This document shows, piece by piece, positions 40,945 to 53,792 of a DNA stretch of 64,000 nucleotides; the stretch's first letter is position 1, and every line of letters begins with the position of its first letter. The stretch is from Pseudidiomarina sp. (GTDB lineage Bacteria; Pseudomonadota; Gammaproteobacteria; Enterobacterales; Alteromonadaceae). A program made the position numbers and the translations under genes. Where the stretch lies: the NCBI GenBank assembly GCA_048267225.1, contig JBLWXY010000001.1, positions 58,429 to 122,428 of the forward strand, in the 5' to 3' direction. The notes beneath the pieces were generated by a model. That model had not been told where the DNA came from. It worked only from the letters and a program-made list of their open reading frames with translations, and did not search any database.

Positions 40945-43128
40945 GTGGTGTATGTGCGCAGTACCCATGTTGATAAACCGGAACAACACGGTGACTGGTT
41001 ACAGCATGTGACAGCCGAAGCAACGAGAGAGCAACTGCAAGAAGATTACCAGCAGTTGCAGGCTCACCTGCAAGCAAAAAAACATCCTGAGTGGTTGTTG
41101 AAAGGGCAAGAGATGGTTGAAATCTTGGCCGCCCTTAATTTAGACCCAGACTCGCTGCTTGCTGCCCTCTACAGTCCAGCTTATCAAGCACAAGCCATCT
41201 CACGCGACAAAGTTGTCACTGCTCACGGTGAAAACTTAGCGGCACTCCTTGATGCCGTTCAACAAATGCAAATGATCGGTGATTTACAGCATTTTCAGCA
41301 CGGCAAACCTAACGCCGAGCAAATCGATAACGTTCGACGCATGTTGTTATCGATGGTCGCCGATGTAAGGGCTGTGCTCATCAAATTAGCAGAGCGTATT
41401 TGTGCGCTGCGCGAGGTTAAAAATGCCGATGAAGAAACCCGCGTGTTGGTGGCGAAAGAATGCCAAGATATTTATGCGCCGCTCGCCAACCGTCTTGGTA
41501 TTGGTCAGTTAAAGTGGGAACTTGAAGATCTCGCTTTTCGTTACTTGCATCCGACCACTTATAAAAGCATCGCGAAACAGTTACATGAACGTCGTGTGGA
41601 TCGTGAAGATTACATCACCGATTTTGTCGCGAAACTGCAACAAGGCCTGCATGAAGAAGGTGTGCAGGCGGATGTTTATGGGCGGCCGAAACACATCTAC
41701 TCCATTTGGCGCAAAATGCAGAAAAAGCATTTGAGCTTTGAGCAACTGTACGACATTCGTGCGGTGCGCATCATCACCCACTCGCTGAAAGACTGTTATG
41801 CCGCGTTGGGCGTGGTTCATAGCCAATGGCGGCATATTCAATCAGAGTTCGATGATTACATAGCCACCCCCAAAGCAAATGGCTATCAGTCGATTCATAC
41901 GGTGGTGATTGGTCCGGAAGAAAAGCACGTTGAGATACAAATTCGCACCGCCGACATGCACGATGATGCAGAACTCGGCGTCGCTGCGCATTGGCTTTAT
42001 AAAGAAGGCAATGCCAGTAAGCAGGGCGGTTTCGAAGAAAAAATTGCTTGGCTACGCAAATTGCTTGCGTGGCATGAGGACATGGCCGAAAACGATGACT
42101 TAGTCGCCGAAATTCGTTCGCAAGTCTTTGAAGATCGTGTTTACGTGTTTACCCCTAAAGGTGAGGTTATCGACCTGCCACAGGGCGCCACACCACTGGA
42201 CTTTGCTTACTATATTCACTCGCAAGTGGGGCATCGTTGCGTGGGCGCAAAAGTCGATGGCCACATAGTGCCCTTTACTTACAGTTTGAAGAACGGTGAA
42301 CGCGTTGAAATATTAACGCAAAAGAACACCAAGCCTCGGCGTGATTGGTTAAATCCGGCGTTGGGGTATTTACGCACGTCACGCGCGCGTAGCAAGGTTG
42401 TGACGTACTTTAAAAAGCTTGATCGCGATAAGAACCTGAAAGCCGGTCGCGATTTGCTTGAGGCCGAACTGCAAAAACTAGACATTCCCTTAAGCCAAGC
42501 CGCAACAGTTCTGGATCGCTTTAATTTCAACCAGTTGGATGATTTATTGGCGGCCATTGGAGCCGGTGATGTGCGCCTGAATCAGGTGGTCAATCAGCTC
42601 AAGCCAACAACCGATGCGACAACCGAGCGTCTGGAACGCTTACAGCGTAAAAATCATCGTAAACCCGGCAAACATAGCGATGTAAGTGTACAGGGCATTG
42701 GTAATTTGATGGTGCAATTCGCTAAGTGTTGTCAGCCGCTACCGGGCGAGCCCATTATGGGCTTTGTGACCCAAGGGCGTGGGGTGAGCGTGCATCATCG
42801 TGACTGTGAGCAATTAAAACACTTGTTGGAAGTGCATCCAGAACGCGGTTTGCAGGTGCACTGGAGTCGTCAAGACCAAGGGCGTTACCGTGCGGATCTG
42901 CGCATTGATGCGGATGATCGCAATGGTTTGTTGCATGACATTACCGCCATCTTGGCCAATGAAAAAACCAGCGTGGCACAACTTGATTCGCAGTTAGATA
43001 TAACGACTCAGCAAGCGCGGATCTCTCTTGGTGTCTTTATTGAGGGGCAGGCGGGCTTGCAACGTATTATTGACCGGTTATTACAAGTCAAAGGTATTCA
43101 TAAGGTGGAGCGCAGTGGCAGTCACTAA
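40945..43128 (+). CDS. relA: GTP pyrophosphokinase RelA
   Basis: 727-aa ORF with GTG start. (p)ppGpp synthetase block (YGRPKHIYSIWRKMQKK, GYQSIHT), TGS and ACT-like C-terminal domains. No intact HD hydrolase motif noticed. rlmD-relA-mazG order. Confidence 0.94.
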   Translation: MVYVRSTHVDKPEQHGDWLQHVTAEATREQLQEDYQQLQAHLQAKKHPEWLLKGQEMVEILAALNLDPDSLLAALYSPAYQAQAISRDKVVTAHGENLAALLDAVQQMQMIGDLQHFQHGKPNAEQIDNVRRMLLSMVADVRAVLIKLAERICALREVKNADEETRVLVAKECQDIYAPLANRLGIGQLKWELEDLAFRYLHPTTYKSIAKQLHERRVDREDYITDFVAKLQQGLHEEGVQADVYGRPKHIYSIWRKMQKKHLSFEQLYDIRAVRIITHSLKDCYAALGVVHSQWRHIQSEFDDYIATPKANGYQSIHTVVIGPEEKHVEIQIRTADMHDDAELGVAAHWLYKEGNASKQGGFEEKIAWLRKLLAWHEDMAENDDLVAEIRSQVFEDRVYVFTPKGEVIDLPQGATPLDFAYYIHSQVGHRCVGAKVDGHIVPFTYSLKNGERVEILTQKNTKPRRDWLNPALGYLRTSRARSKVVTYFKKLDRDKNLKAGRDLLEAELQKLDIPLSQAATVLDRFNFNQLDDLLAAIGAGDVRLNQVVNQLKPTTDATTERLERLQRKNHRKPGKHSDVSVQGIGNLMVQFAKCCQPLPGEPIMGFVTQGRGVSVHHRDCEQLKHLLEVHPERGLQVHWSRQDQGRYRADLRIDADDRNGLLHDITAILANEKTSVAQLDSQLDITTQQARISLGVFIEGQAGLQRIIDRLLQVKGIHKVERSGSH

Positions 43129-43951
43129 GGTCGAAGAACTCAAAGTTGATACAGCAAGCTTTCCTGGCGTCGCAGCCTTACTTGAGGTGATGCGTCGTTT
43201 GCGTGACCCAGAGCAGGGGTGCCCTTGGGATTTGAAACAAACCTTGACGAGTTTGATCCCCTACACCATTGAAGAGGCCTATGAAGTTGCGGCAGCACTT
43301 ACCGAAGGCAATCTGGCCGCCATCAAAGATGAACTAGGGGACCTATTATTTCAGGTGGTGTTCTATACGCAACTGACCAGCGAAGACGGGCAATTTAGTT
43401 TTGATGAGGTAGCCGCGCAAACAGCGGACAAATTGATTCGTCGCCATCCCCATGTGTTTGGTGACGAAAAGGCACAAACCGACGCTGAAATTAAAGCGCA
43501 ATGGGAAGCCATTAAACAGCAAGAGCGTGCGGAAAAAGGCGAGGTTGAATCGGTTTTTCAAGGTATACCGGATAATTTACCGGCGATTTTGCAGGCGCAG
43601 AAACTCCAAAAACGTGCCGCAAACGTCGGCTTTGACTGGCCAACTATCGCGCCCGTATTAGCGAAAATACAAGAAGAAATTGCTGAAGTTGAAGCTGAAC
43701 TCGACGCGGAACAACGTGATCAACAGGCGATCGAAGACGAGATCGGCGACGTCTTATTTGCGGTCGTGAACTTGGCGCGGCATGCGCAGGTGAACCCTGA
43801 GCATGCTTTGCGGCGCACGAATTTAAAATTTAAACGGCGCTTTCAAGCCATCGAAAAGCGTTTAGCAGCGGCGGGCGAATCCGCAGAAGCGCTGGACTTG
43901 GAAGAACTCGAGGCGCATTGGCAAGCGGTGAAACGCGATAGCTTGACGTAA
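43115..43951 (+). CDS. mazG: nucleoside triphosphate pyrophosphohydrolase MazG
   Basis: GTG 43115 is 4-5 nt after AAGGTGGAG. 14-nt overlap with relA (the track start 43028 lies inside relA). Tandem MazG domains with EEAYEV...ELGDLLFQ and EExxE..E.GD motifs. Confidence 0.92.
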   Translation: MAVTKVEELKVDTASFPGVAALLEVMRRLRDPEQGCPWDLKQTLTSLIPYTIEEAYEVAAALTEGNLAAIKDELGDLLFQVVFYTQLTSEDGQFSFDEVAAQTADKLIRRHPHVFGDEKAQTDAEIKAQWEAIKQQERAEKGEVESVFQGIPDNLPAILQAQKLQKRAANVGFDWPTIAPVLAKIQEEIAEVEAELDAEQRDQQAIEDEIGDVLFAVVNLARHAQVNPEHALRRTNLKFKRRFQAIEKRLAAAGESAEALDLEELEAHWQAVKRDSLT

Positions 43952-44023
43952 TTTTAAATTGTCGGAATTAAGTCGTTAAGGTATACTGTTTTCCCGTCTT
44001 GAAGCAATTCCCATTTAACCTGA

Positions 44024-47002
<2,979 letters not shown>

Positions 47003-47020
47003 TACACTGGTGCACTAACG

Positions 47021-47656
47021 GTGAGCGAACAACGCGATATATTCGAGGTTGTTGAACAGCGACCGGGTTATGACCCGGTCGCTTTCCCCGAATTGTGCAC
47101 TGCGCTTTATGAGCGCGAACTAGCGGTTCTTGCACAACTGCAAGTGCAATCACCCAATGGTTTGCAACGTCGTTTACGCAGCTTAAGTTACTATATTCGC
47201 AATGCCGCACGGGCAATGTTGAGCTGTGGCTGTCCTTGTGCGCTTGATGTGCAAAACGCAAGTTGGCAGGCGCCGCAAAAACGACAATTGAAAAGCACCG
47301 TAACCCGCGCAAGAAAACTGGAAAAGTGGCTGCAAAGTCATGACGTTCAATTGGGCACGACCGTGCCTATCCTCAATCTAGATCCGCATTTGCAACAAGT
47401 CCGACTCGATTCAATTGACCGCATTGATCGTGAGCAGGGCCGTGTGCATTGCAATGAATTTGGCTGGTTTTTATTTACTGGCGAAAGTTGTGAAAGTGAC
47501 GGTGATCATTTGCTCTTGGCCAAGCCTGAGTTGGCGTGGTTACAACCTGCGGTGTGTGGCCATCAATGGTCGCACAGAGGACGCAGCGATCCACGCACCT
47601 TATCGTTACGTGAACTGCTACTTGCCACCGCTGTTGACTGGCAGCGTAGCGGCTGA
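47021..47656 (+). CDS. hypothetical protein, Cys/His-rich; no family recognised
   Basis: 211-aa ORF with GTG start and a weak SD, 18 nt after eno with no terminator. Codon choice (CAA, TTG, CGT/CGC) looks like neighbouring genes. Motifs CGCPC, HCNEFGW, CESDGDH, VCGHQWSH. No signal peptide or TM segment. Confidence 0.55.
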   Translation: MSEQRDIFEVVEQRPGYDPVAFPELCTALYERELAVLAQLQVQSPNGLQRRLRSLSYYIRNAARAMLSCGCPCALDVQNASWQAPQKRQLKSTVTRARKLEKWLQSHDVQLGTTVPILNLDPHLQQVRLDSIDRIDREQGRVHCNEFGWFLFTGESCESDGDHLLLAKPELAWLQPAVCGHQWSHRGRSDPRTLSLRELLLATAVDWQRSG

Positions 47657-47661
47657 TGACC

Positions 47662-48378
47662 TCAGCGCCCGACGAGCACCATAATGCCGGCGCCAATAAC
47701 CAACAACAGCGTTAAGCGTCGGAAGCCTTGCTCGGACAGCTTGCCGCTGAGCCGGTGTCCAATGTAAGCCCCCGTGAGAGCACCTATCACTAAGACCAAC
47801 ATGGCCAAGGGGTCAACGCTGGCATAACGACCTTGTAGACTGAACGACACCACATTGGTGAGACCAAGCGCCAGAAAGAATACCGCAAGGGTGGCTCGAA
47901 ATTCACTGCGTGCTAGGCGGTTTGCGGTTAAGAACAACACCACTGGTGGGCCGCCAAGCGTGAGCGCGCCGTTAGCAAAGCCTGACAACAGCCCAATACC
48001 AGTTTGTTGCGGGCGCTGTGCAGGCAGCTTCAGTTGTATGCCGAACCAAAAGAGTAAGCCAGCAGTGATAACGAAAATGGCCATACCCAGTTGTAGGGTC
48101 GCCAATGGCAAGTGGTGAAGTGCAAAGTTGCCAATTAAGGTACCCGCAATGCCCGCGATAAACAGTGGTCCCCAACGCTTGAGTGCCAAATAATGGCGTA
48201 ATAGCCCAGCCAAATACACCGCTAGCGCAACGTTGATGAGTGACAGCATTGGCGTGAGCAAGGTTAACGGAATGAATAAACTCAGCAAGGGCACGGCCAC
48301 CAGCCCTGAGCCAAAACCGGTAATTCCTTGTAAAAAGGCTCCCGCAAACATGATCAATGCGATAAGGTAGTAGTCCAT
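47662..48378 (-). CDS. TauE/SafE (DUF81) family anion exporter-like membrane protein
   Basis: 238-aa ORF with about 7-8 hydrophobic helices. Internal duplication with G-rich helices (GITGFGSGLVAVPLL ... GFANGALTLGGPPVVLFL) typical of the family. Confidence 0.85.
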   Translation of the reverse strand: MDYYLIALIMFAGAFLQGITGFGSGLVAVPLLSLFIPLTLLTPMLSLINVALAVYLAGLLRHYLALKRWGPLFIAGIAGTLIGNFALHHLPLATLQLGMAIFVITAGLLFWFGIQLKLPAQRPQQTGIGLLSGFANGALTLGGPPVVLFLTANRLARSEFRATLAVFFLALGLTNVVSFSLQGRYASVDPLAMLVLVIGALTGAYIGHRLSGKLSEQGFRRLTLLLVIGAGIMVLVGR

Positions 48379-48394
48379 GTTAGCCTGTTAACAT

Positions 48395-48422
48395 TTGGTT
48401 CGACGCGAAAGAAAGGTATACT
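48395..48422 (+). promoter_or_regulatory. candidate sigma70 promoter for ftsB-ispD-ispF...
   Basis: TTGGTT (48395-48400), 16-nt spacer, TATACT (48417-48422). By-eye match only. Confidence 0.3.
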
Positions 48423-48451
48423 GAGCACAATCATACCATGTGAGGGTAGCG

Positions 48452-48751
48452 ATGCGTCTGTTAAAAGTCTTTCTGTTAGTGCTGTTGGTCGCACTGCAAT
48501 ACCGACTCTGGTTTGGCAAAAATAGCCTACCGGAGTATTGGAATTTGCAAGAAGATGTGGCGCGGCAGGAGCAGACTAATCAGAATTTACGGCAACGTAA
48601 TCAGGTGCTTATCGCCGACATCGAAGATTTGCGCGAAGGCGAGGTCGCGCTAGAGGAACGAGCGCGAAATGAACTTGGCCTGATTAAACAAGACGAAACC
48701 TTTTTCCGACTTATACCTAATAAAAAATCCACGACTTATGACCCAGAATAA
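48452..48751 (+). CDS. ftsB: cell division protein FtsB
   Basis: ATG 48452 gives MRLLKVFLLVLLVALQYRLWFGKNS (TM plus coiled coil), then the conserved ARNELGLIKQDETFF block. GTG 48440 is an alternative start. Confidence 0.92.
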   Translation: MRLLKVFLLVLLVALQYRLWFGKNSLPEYWNLQEDVARQEQTNQNLRQRNQVLIADIEDLREGEVALEERARNELGLIKQDETFFRLIPNKKSTTYDPE

Positions 48752-49433
48752 CCGCGTTGCGGCTGTCGTACCTGCTGCAGGTGTTGGACGACGGATGCAA
48801 AGTTCGCAGCCCAAGCAGTATCTGCAGTTAGGCGGCGTCACCGTGTTAGAACATACGATTATGGCATTGAGCCAAGATCCCCGCATTGAGCACATCTTTA
48901 TTGCCACCAGCACAGATGATCCGTACTTTACCCAGCTTACCTTCAAGACAACCACACCGGTCACGCAGGTGAACGGTGGAGCGACGCGTGCTGCTTCGGT
49001 CGAACGTGGCGTTGCTGCGGCGGTGCATGCAGGGTTTACTTGGGTGGCGGTACACGATGCTGCGCGACCTTGTTTAACTGCACCTGAGCTCAAGCAGGTG
49101 CTTGACCAAGCTTTAGCCGACGAAGTGGGCGCATTGCTGGCACTACCAGTCGGCGATACTTTAAAGCGTGAAGGGGCAGACCAAACCGTGCTCAGCACTG
49201 TGGATCGTTCACAATTATGGCAAGCGCAGACGCCACAAGTCTTTCGTAGTGAAGCCTTGCTGTCGGGACTTTTGCAACTTGGCGTCGACAACCCGCAGCT
49301 CACCGATGAGGCCTCGGTACTAGAAGCTTTAGGTAAACGGCCTAAGCTCGTGCAAGGGCAACGCAGCAACATTAAAATTACCTTACCCGGTGACGAAAAG
49401 CTCGCCGAATTATGGTTAACCGCAAAAAAATAG
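48738..49433 (+). CDS. ispD: 2-C-methyl-D-erythritol 4-phosphate cytidylyltransferase
   Basis: 231-aa ORF. AVVPAAGVGRRMQSSQPKQYL and VHDAARPC motifs. 14-nt overlap with ftsB. Confidence 0.96.
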   Translation: MTQNNRVAAVVPAAGVGRRMQSSQPKQYLQLGGVTVLEHTIMALSQDPRIEHIFIATSTDDPYFTQLTFKTTTPVTQVNGGATRAASVERGVAAAVHAGFTWVAVHDAARPCLTAPELKQVLDQALADEVGALLALPVGDTLKREGADQTVLSTVDRSQLWQAQTPQVFRSEALLSGLLQLGVDNPQLTDEASVLEALGKRPKLVQGQRSNIKITLPGDEKLAELWLTAKK

Positions 49434-49445
49434 AAAGGAGATGAC

Positions 49446-49928
49446 ATGCGCATAGGGCATGGCTACGACGTGCATAAGTTCGGTAGTGATAAGCCATTAA
49501 TACTTGGTGGCGTTGAGATTGAATACGAGCAAGGACTGATAGCGCACTCCGATGGCGATGTCGTGCTTCATGCGGTGACCGATGCCGTTTTAGGAGCACT
49601 AGGAAAGGGCGATATTGGCCATCACTTCCCCGATACCGACGCAGCCTATGCAGGCGCCGATAGCGCACAGTTGCTGGGCCAAGTGGTGCAACTGGCCGCG
49701 CAAGAAGGTTTTGTACTCGGCAATCTAGATGTCACTATTGTGGCGCAAGCGCCAAAATTAGCCGCGTCGATTACGGCAATGCGCGAACGTATTGCTTCGG
49801 TTTTACGGGCCGATGTAGGGCGCGTCAACGTTAAAGCGACAACCACCGAAAAACTCGGTTTTGTAGGGCGTAAAGAAGGTATTGCTTGTCATGCGGTGGT
49901 ACTGCTGCAGGAGGCTCCTCTTGATTGA
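49446..49928 (+). CDS. ispF: 2-C-methyl-D-erythritol 2,4-cyclodiphosphate synthase
   Basis: 160-aa [15 protein letters not shown] and [10 protein letters not shown] zinc-site motifs. Confidence 0.97.
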   Translation: MRIGHGYDVHKFGSDKPLILGGVEIEYEQGLIAHSDGDVVLHAVTDAVLGALGKGDIGHHFPDTDAAYAGADSAQLLGQVVQLAAQEGFVLGNLDVTIVAQAPKLAASITAMRERIASVLRADVGRVNVKATTTEKLGFVGRKEGIACHAVVLLQEAPLD

Positions 49929-50979
49929 TACCAAGCTCGATGCGCTGAGTTACCTGCACGGCAAACCTACCGTAAGTGCAGGCTACAAAGAGCTGCCAAG
50001 CGACTTCCAAGTCACCGAACTGCTTGATGTCACTGCCGATGACGCTGGTGAGCATCAATGGCTGTGGGTTTATAAAAAAGGCGCCAACACCACTTTTGTT
50101 GCGCGCCAACTGGCGGAATTTGCCGGTGTTAGCGAACGCAACGTCAGTTATGCCGGACTCAAAGACCGACACGCGGAGACCTGGCAATGGTTTTCTGTAC
50201 AACTACCAGGCCAGGCGTTACTCGATTGGCCGGCAATCGATCATCCGGAATTTCGAGTTGAGCGGGCATTGGTGCGTGCGAAGAAATTGAAAATGGGCCT
50301 GCATCGTGGCAACGCGTTTCGCTTACGTTTGCGGCAAGTGAGTGACCTACAAGCCTTGCAGGCGCGTTGGCAAAAAATCGTTGAGTATGGCGTTCCGAAT
50401 TACTTTGGTGAGCAGCGCTTTGGGCGAGATGGGCAAAACTTGAGCAAGGCCCAAGCATGGCTGTCGGGTGAAATCAGTAATAAAAAGGCGAAAAAATGGA
50501 GTCGGCAGCAACAGGGGATGCTGCTTTCCAGCGCGCGTTCTTATTTATTTAACGCGCTGCTGAGCACCCGTATTCAGGAACAGCGCCTACAACCTGAGGT
50601 CGGTGATTTTATGTTGCTCAGTGGAAGTCGTTCGTTTTTCCAAGTTGAAGCGCTCGATGATACACTTACGCAGCGCTGGAAGAGCGGTGATATTCAGCTC
50701 TCTGGACCCTTGCCTGGTGGCTACCCGGAACCCTGGCAAGCGCATTTAAGTCCCTTTGAATATGAGCAGCTCCAAGCTGAATCAGACTTAGTAGAGGGGC
50801 TACGGCGTAAACGCGTGGATTTAGCACGCCGAGCGCTGCTGCTCAATCTTGATGATGCGCAGCTAGAGGTGGTCGATGAGACTACTGTTGACCTAATGTT
50901 TAGCCTGCCTAAAGGAAGTTTCGCGACCAGCGTCCTGCGCGAATTAATGCACGATCTAACAGAGGATGAAGCGGTATGA
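49921..50979 (+). CDS. truD: tRNA pseudouridine(13) synthase TruD
   Basis: TTG 49921 is 7 nt after GGAGG, giving (M)[15 protein letters not shown], which parallels the E. coli TruD N-terminus. Catalytic GLKDRHA block. The track start 49882 lies inside ispF. Confidence 0.9.
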   Translation: MIDTKLDALSYLHGKPTVSAGYKELPSDFQVTELLDVTADDAGEHQWLWVYKKGANTTFVARQLAEFAGVSERNVSYAGLKDRHAETWQWFSVQLPGQALLDWPAIDHPEFRVERALVRAKKLKMGLHRGNAFRLRLRQVSDLQALQARWQKIVEYGVPNYFGEQRFGRDGQNLSKAQAWLSGEISNKKAKKWSRQQQGMLLSSARSYLFNALLSTRIQEQRLQPEVGDFMLLSGSRSFFQVEALDDTLTQRWKSGDIQLSGPLPGGYPEPWQAHLSPFEYEQLQAESDLVEGLRRKRVDLARRALLLNLDDAQLEVVDETTVDLMFSLPKGSFATSVLRELMHDLTEDEAV

Positions 50980-51731
50980 TGAAGTTGTTGGTAAGCAATG
51001 ATGATGGCGTGCATGCGCCCGGAATTGCGGCGCTCTATGATGCGTTAAAGGAAATCGCTCAAGTACGCGTGATTGCGCCAGATCGCAATTGTAGCGGTGC
51101 AAGTAATTCGTTAACGCTGCATAATCCTTTGCGGGTGCAAAAACTCGAGAACGGCTTCTTTTCCTTGAATGGTACGCCTACCGATTGTGTGCACCTTGGT
51201 ACCAATTCACCGCTTGCGGACGATGTCGACCTAGTGGTTTCAGGCATCAATGATGGCCCTAATATGGGCGATGACGTGCTGTATTCAGGGACTGTTGCTG
51301 CGGCGATGGAAGGGCGCTATATGGGCTTACCTTCAATTGCGGTGTCGATGGGTGATCGCACCCATGAGTATTATGAAACAGCAGCTCGCGTGGTTGCTGA
51401 TATTGTGAATAAAATGGCTGATAAGCCGCTGCGCATGGATACCATTTTAAATATCAATGTACCGGCAGTCCCTTATGAGCAACTCAAAGGTATTAAAATT
51501 ACCCGTTTGGGGCGTCGCCACCGCGCCGACACCATGGTTGAATCAAGCGACCCCTTCGGGCGCAAGATTTATTGGTACGGACCTATTGGCGGTCATCAAG
51601 ATGATGGCGAAAACACGGATTTCTACGCTGTGCGTGAAGGCTATGTCTCGATTACGCCGATCAGCCTCGACATGACTGCGCGTAGTCATCAAGATACACT
51701 TGCGGATTGGCTGGCAGAAACGAATAACTAA
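50976..51731 (+). CDS. surE: 5'/3'-nucleotidase SurE
   Basis: 251-aa [21 protein letters not shown]-terminus. ATGA overlap with truD. Confidence 0.96.
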   Translation: MMKLLVSNDDGVHAPGIAALYDALKEIAQVRVIAPDRNCSGASNSLTLHNPLRVQKLENGFFSLNGTPTDCVHLGTNSPLADDVDLVVSGINDGPNMGDDVLYSGTVAAAMEGRYMGLPSIAVSMGDRTHEYYETAARVVADIVNKMADKPLRMDTILNINVPAVPYEQLKGIKITRLGRRHRADTMVESSDPFGRKIYWYGPIGGHQDDGENTDFYAVREGYVSITPISLDMTARSHQDTLADWLAETNN

Positions 51732-51755
51732 ACATAACAACAAGAACAAACGACA

Positions 51756-52391
51756 ATGATTCAAAATTTTCAGGGAATGGCGAAACGCTTGGTGGCTTTG
51801 CTGCGGGAACAGGGTATTAGCAACGAACAGGTGTTAGAGGTAATTGCTAACACGCCTCGTCATCTATTCATGCCGGAATCGCTTGCGCATAAGGCCTATG
51901 AGAACACGGCGCTGCCCATTGGCAAAGGCCAAACCATATCACAACCCCTAATGGTCGCCTCGATGACGCAACTACTGATGCAGCACCATTGTCATCATGT
52001 CCTCGAGATTGGCACAGGTAGCGGTTATCAAACGGCGATCTTGGCGCAACTCATTGATAAGGTCTATTCGGTGGAGCGTATTGCTGAACTGCAATATCAA
52101 GCCAAGCGTCGCCTGAAAAAGCTGGATCTGCACAATGTCAGTATGCGCCATGGTGATGGCTGGCAAGGCTGGCAAAGCAAGGCTCCGTTTGACGGCATCA
52201 TTGTTACCGCCGCAGCGAGTGATATTCCTCATGCGCTGATGGAACAACTGGCTGACGATGGCGTGATGATTATTCCGGTAGGAAGTATTAAGCAACGTTT
52301 AGTGGTCATTCGCCGTTTTGGTGATGATTACGAGCATAAGCAATTGGGCGATGTGAAGTTTGTACCCCTAGTGCCAGGAAGTTTAGCATGA
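51756..52391 (+). CDS. pcm: protein-L-isoaspartate O-methyltransferase
   Basis: 211-aa ORF. QTISQP and [16 protein letters not shown] motifs. surE-pcm order. Confidence 0.96.
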   Translation: MIQNFQGMAKRLVALLREQGISNEQVLEVIANTPRHLFMPESLAHKAYENTALPIGKGQTISQPLMVASMTQLLMQHHCHHVLEIGTGSGYQTAILAQLIDKVYSVERIAELQYQAKRRLKKLDLHNVSMRHGDGWQGWQSKAPFDGIIVTAAASDIPHALMEQLADDGVMIIPVGSIKQRLVVIRRFGDDYEHKQLGDVKFVPLVPGSLA

Positions 52392-52966
52392 AGCTGTTCA
52401 GTGCCTTATACGATCGCGTGTTGGTTTGGTCGCAGCATCGCCGCGCACCAACCATTCTCGCCGCGTTGAGTTTTGCCGAAGCCATTATTTTCCCAATTCC
52501 GACCGATGTCATGTTAGCGCCCATGGCAATGACCCAACCGAAACGCGCATGGTTTTTCGCGTTTTTAACAACAGTAGCCTCGGTATTAGGTGGCATTGCC
52601 GGCTATTGGCTGGGATACTTTGCCTTTGAACCCTTAGTGATGCCATTGGTGGAGTGGGCCGGTTATCAAGATAAGTTGGTGACCATCACCGAGTGGTTCC
52701 AAGCCTATGGCTTTTGGATTATTTTCATTGCTGGTTTTTCGCCTTTGCCATATAAACTCTTTACGGTAACTGGTGGTATGCTGCAAGTGATGTTTATACC
52801 ATTTGTTCTAGGATCACTGATAAGTCGCGGTCTACGCTATTATCTGGTAGCTTGGTTATTAAAGACTGGGGGACCCACGATGGCTGTAAAATTAAGAAGT
52901 TACGTAGACCGTATAGGTTGGGCCATGGTGATTATTGCCGGAATTGCTTATGTATGGACGCGTTAA
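52388..52966 (+). CDS. YqaA/DedA-type (SNARE-associated, PF09335-like) inner membrane protein
   Basis: 192-aa ORF with 4-5 hydrophobic helices. The F(A)[13 protein letters not shown] motif resembles YqaA-family proteins. ATGA overlap with pcm. Confidence 0.75.
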   Translation: MKLFSALYDRVLVWSQHRRAPTILAALSFAEAIIFPIPTDVMLAPMAMTQPKRAWFFAFLTTVASVLGGIAGYWLGYFAFEPLVMPLVEWAGYQDKLVTITEWFQAYGFWIIFIAGFSPLPYKLFTVTGGMLQVMFIPFVLGSLISRGLRYYLVAWLLKTGGPTMAVKLRSYVDRIGWAMVIIAGIAYVWTR

Positions 52967-53792
52967 TGTTGTATTGACGATTGTGCTTATGCTTACCTTG
53001 GTGGGCTGTGCTCAACGGCAACAGCCTGCGCCCGTTGAGAAAGTCTATCAAGGGCGCAGTATTTATGATTACCAAGCGAACAGTCTCGCCGGAAGTTCTT
53101 ATCTGGTGCAAAAGGGCGATACACTCTATTCCATAGCGTTTCGGGCTAATATTGATGTCCGCGCACTCGCACAGCTTAATGATCTCAACGAACCCTATAC
53201 TATTTTCCCTGGCCAACGGCTAACGCTGCGCCCCTCAACGGCGCAAACAAAAAATTCGCAACCTTCGACTACGACAAAACAAATAGATCGTACACAAACC
53301 GTTGATAAGCCGTCGAAGAAAGAGTATGTTGAAGACAAAAGTAAACAAAAGGTTACGAAGCCGCCGGCGGTACCTAGGCCCGAAATAAAACGCGAGGTAT
53401 TTCCCAAAAGCAACGCAATTGCTTGGCAATGGCCGACAAAAAATAAAGTGATTCGTGAGTTTACTGCCGCCGTTACGGGGCCAAAAGGTATCGATTTTGC
53501 CGGCAAAAAAGGTGATACCGTTAGGGCTGCAGCGGCTGGAAAAGTAGTTTATGCTGGTAATGCGCTAAAAGGATATGGAAATTTAATTATCCTGAAACAT
53601 AACGATGATTATATAACTGCGTACGCCCACAATGACAAGCTGTTAATACAAGAACAACAGTGGGTCAGCGCAGGAGATGCCATTGCCGAGATGGGTAATT
53701 CTGATGCCGAACGCGTGAAGCTTCATTTTGAAGTTCGCTATCGCGGTAAATCAGTTAATCCTCGGCATTATTTACCACGGGGGTCACAATGA
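52950..53792 (+). CDS. nlpD: murein hydrolase activator NlpD (LysM + degenerate M23 domain lipoprotein)
   Basis: ATG 52950 gives [20 protein letters not shown] with an LVGC lipobox (the track TTG 52935 is 5 codons longer). LysM block [14 protein letters not shown]. The M23 domain lacks catalytic His residues (KGIDFAG and KLHFEV instead of HxGxD and HxH), as in E. coli NlpD. Confidence 0.92.
   Translation: MYGRVNVVLTIVLMLTLVGCAQRQQPAPVEKVYQGRSIYDYQANSLAGSSYLVQKGDTLYSIAFRANIDVRALAQLNDLNEPYTIFPGQRLTLRPSTAQTKNSQPSTTTKQIDRTQTVDKPSKKEYVEDKSKQKVTKPPAVPRPEIKREVFPKSNAIAWQWPTKNKVIREFTAAVTGPKGIDFAGKKGDTVRAAAAGKVVYAGNALKGYGNLIILKHNDDYITAYAHNDKLLIQEQQWVSAGDAIAEMGNSDAERVKLHFEVRYRGKSVNPRHYLPRGSQ

Noticed and set aside
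48650-49453. 267-aa ORF on the minus strand covering the whole of ispD
   Set aside because: The translation is Ser/Thr/Ala/Cys-rich low complexity with no recognisable motifs and no SD. It is the mirror frame of a codon-biased gene whose plus-strand product aligns end-to-end with IspD. This is a typical antisense open frame.
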